Origin: Tagaea sp.
Lineage (GTDB): Bacteria > Pseudomonadota > Alphaproteobacteria > CACIAM-22H2
NCBI GenBank assembly: GCA_965279525.1
Contig: CBDIIB010000005.1
Location: 1,600,001 to 1,664,000 of the forward strand
Length of the DNA: 64,000 nucleotides
Direction of reading: 5' to 3'
The notes beneath the pieces are model-generated. The model was not told the DNA's origin, did not search any database, and was given only the letters and a program-made list of their open reading frames with translations. The position numbers and the translations under genes were made by a program. Shown here in pieces: positions 62,756 to 64,000 of this stretch (its first letter is position 1; the number at the start of each line of letters is the position of its first letter).

Positions 62756-62904
62756 TCTCGTTCCCTTTTGCCGGTCGCGACGATAGGCCAACCGGCGTCG
62801 CCGGAGACAGACCCGTCGGGAAACCCAGCCCCTCAATCCTGAGGGGGTCCGGTCGCGGGACCGGACGGCTCGCAAACGCTCGCGTCCGGTGCAGGATCGC
62901 GGGC

Positions 62905-63042
62905 ATGAAATACGCACCCTTCATCGATCTCGGGCTGGCCGGACGTGGCCAGCGTCCACCCCGCGTCGGCGAGGCGGCCGTCCTGCCGGTGCCGAACCTC
63001 GCTTCCCTCTGGCTGCGGATTGCGCGACGATTGCGGCGATGA
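62905..63042 (+). CDS. Putative 45-aa small protein, not in the ORF track
   Basis: MKYAPFIDLGLAGRGQRPPRVGEAAVLPVPNLASLWLRIARRLRR*; AGGA upstream; stop overlaps the LysR start (ATGA). Confidence 0.45.
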   Translation: MKYAPFIDLGLAGRGQRPPRVGEAAVLPVPNLASLWLRIARRLRR

Positions 63043-63935
63043 CCGCAGCCGACTGGGACGACATCCGCGCCTTCCTCGCCATCGCGAGCTCGGGCAGCCT
63101 TGCCAAGGCCGCCCGCGCCACCAAGCTGAGCGAGGCCACGCTCGGGCGCCACCTGAAGGCGCTGGAAAAGCATCTGGGCGCCCCGCTCTTCGACCGGCTG
63201 CCCAATGCGCTGCGCCTCACGGCCCTCGGGCGCGAAGCGCTCGAAGGCGCCAAGGCGATGGACGACGGGGCCGCCACGCTCGAACGGCGCGCGCGCATCG
63301 CGCGCGAGCCGGCGCGCCGGCCGGTCGTCGTGAGCTCGGTCAATTCGATCGCCTGGTTCCTCGTGCGCCACTTTCCCGCACTCCAGCGCGACCTTGCCGG
63401 CACGCCGCTGACGCTGACGGCCACGCGCCGGGCGGTCGATCTTTCGCGCCGCGAGGCGGACATCGCCCTTCGGATGCTCGATCTTCCCGACGCGCCCGAC
63501 CTTGCGGGCCGCAAGGTGGCGCGCGTGGCCAACGCGGTCTACGCGTCGCACGCGTATCTTGCCGCGCGCAAGCGCCGGCCCGGCGACGGCATCGACGGGA
63601 TCGATTTCATCGCGCGCGACACGGGCTCGGAGAAATCGCCGCAGGCCCGCTATTCCAACGAGATCCTGTCGCGCGTCCGACTGACGCTGAAGGTGTCCGA
63701 AACCGTACTGCGCCACCAGGCCGCACTCGACGGGCTCGGTGCCACGCTGCTGCCCTGCCATCTGGGCGATGCCGAACCCCGGCTCATGCGCATCGGCGAG
63801 CCGATCCCCGAGCTTACCGAAGACATGTACATGATCATCCACCGCGACTTGCGCCGCGTGAGCGCGGTGCGCGCGGCAGCCGACGCGCTTGGCGTCCTGT
63901 TCAGGCGCCACGCACGCGAACTGGCCGGACGCTAG
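63039..63935 (+). CDS. LysR family transcriptional regulator
   Basis: WDDIRAF...GSLAKAA...TLGRHLKALE...LFDR helix-turn-helix; DLSRREADIALR. Confidence 0.92.
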   Translation: MTAADWDDIRAFLAIASSGSLAKAARATKLSEATLGRHLKALEKHLGAPLFDRLPNALRLTALGREALEGAKAMDDGAATLERRARIAREPARRPVVVSSVNSIAWFLVRHFPALQRDLAGTPLTLTATRRAVDLSRREADIALRMLDLPDAPDLAGRKVARVANAVYASHAYLAARKRRPGDGIDGIDFIARDTGSEKSPQARYSNEILSRVRLTLKVSETVLRHQAALDGLGATLLPCHLGDAEPRLMRIGEPIPELTEDMYMIIHRDLRRVSAVRAAADALGVLFRRHARELAGR

Positions 63936-64000
63936 CGGGCCTTCAGCGCTTCGTCGAGCAGGGCGGGCACGCGCACGAGCGCGTCGGCGCGCGCATCGGG
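63932..64000 (-). CDS. 3' end of a gene extending beyond the window
   Basis: Open frame ...PDARADALVRVPALLDEALKAR* with GC-rich third positions, convergent with LysR. Confidence 0.5.
   Translation of the reverse strand, partial: PDARADALVRVPALLDEALKAR

Overview
High-GC chromosomal window, most likely an alphaproteobacterium (Rhodospirillales-like; inferred from gene content and order). It is densely coding with about 63 CDS and shows no mobile element, CRISPR array or rRNA. In order: end of a TRAP permease, a Tat-signal deaminase, tRNA-Gly(CCC), a SAM-II riboswitch with metZ, apaG-folE-argE, argD-argF-hslO, recX, GAF/PAS proteins, MscS, and a NitT/TauT ABC importer. Next come a flavin amine oxidase-methyltransferase fusion with an ABC exporter, a thiol/redox cluster, glpK-ugpBAEC and phaZ. 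A cobalamin biosynthesis region of about 24 kb (37.7-61.9 kb) carries a cobalamin riboswitch, and the window ends with a DMT/LysR pair. The most notable items are the oxidase-methyltransferase/exporter unit, a hybrid B12 pathway (CobN/CobW together with CbiX, CbiD and CbiG, with no cobG or cobF visible), a cobalamin riboswitch with an extra hairpin, and an unlisted 45-aa ORF coupled to the LysR gene. Product calls come from motif recognition by eye, not database searches. Start codons were often re-chosen relative to the ORF track.
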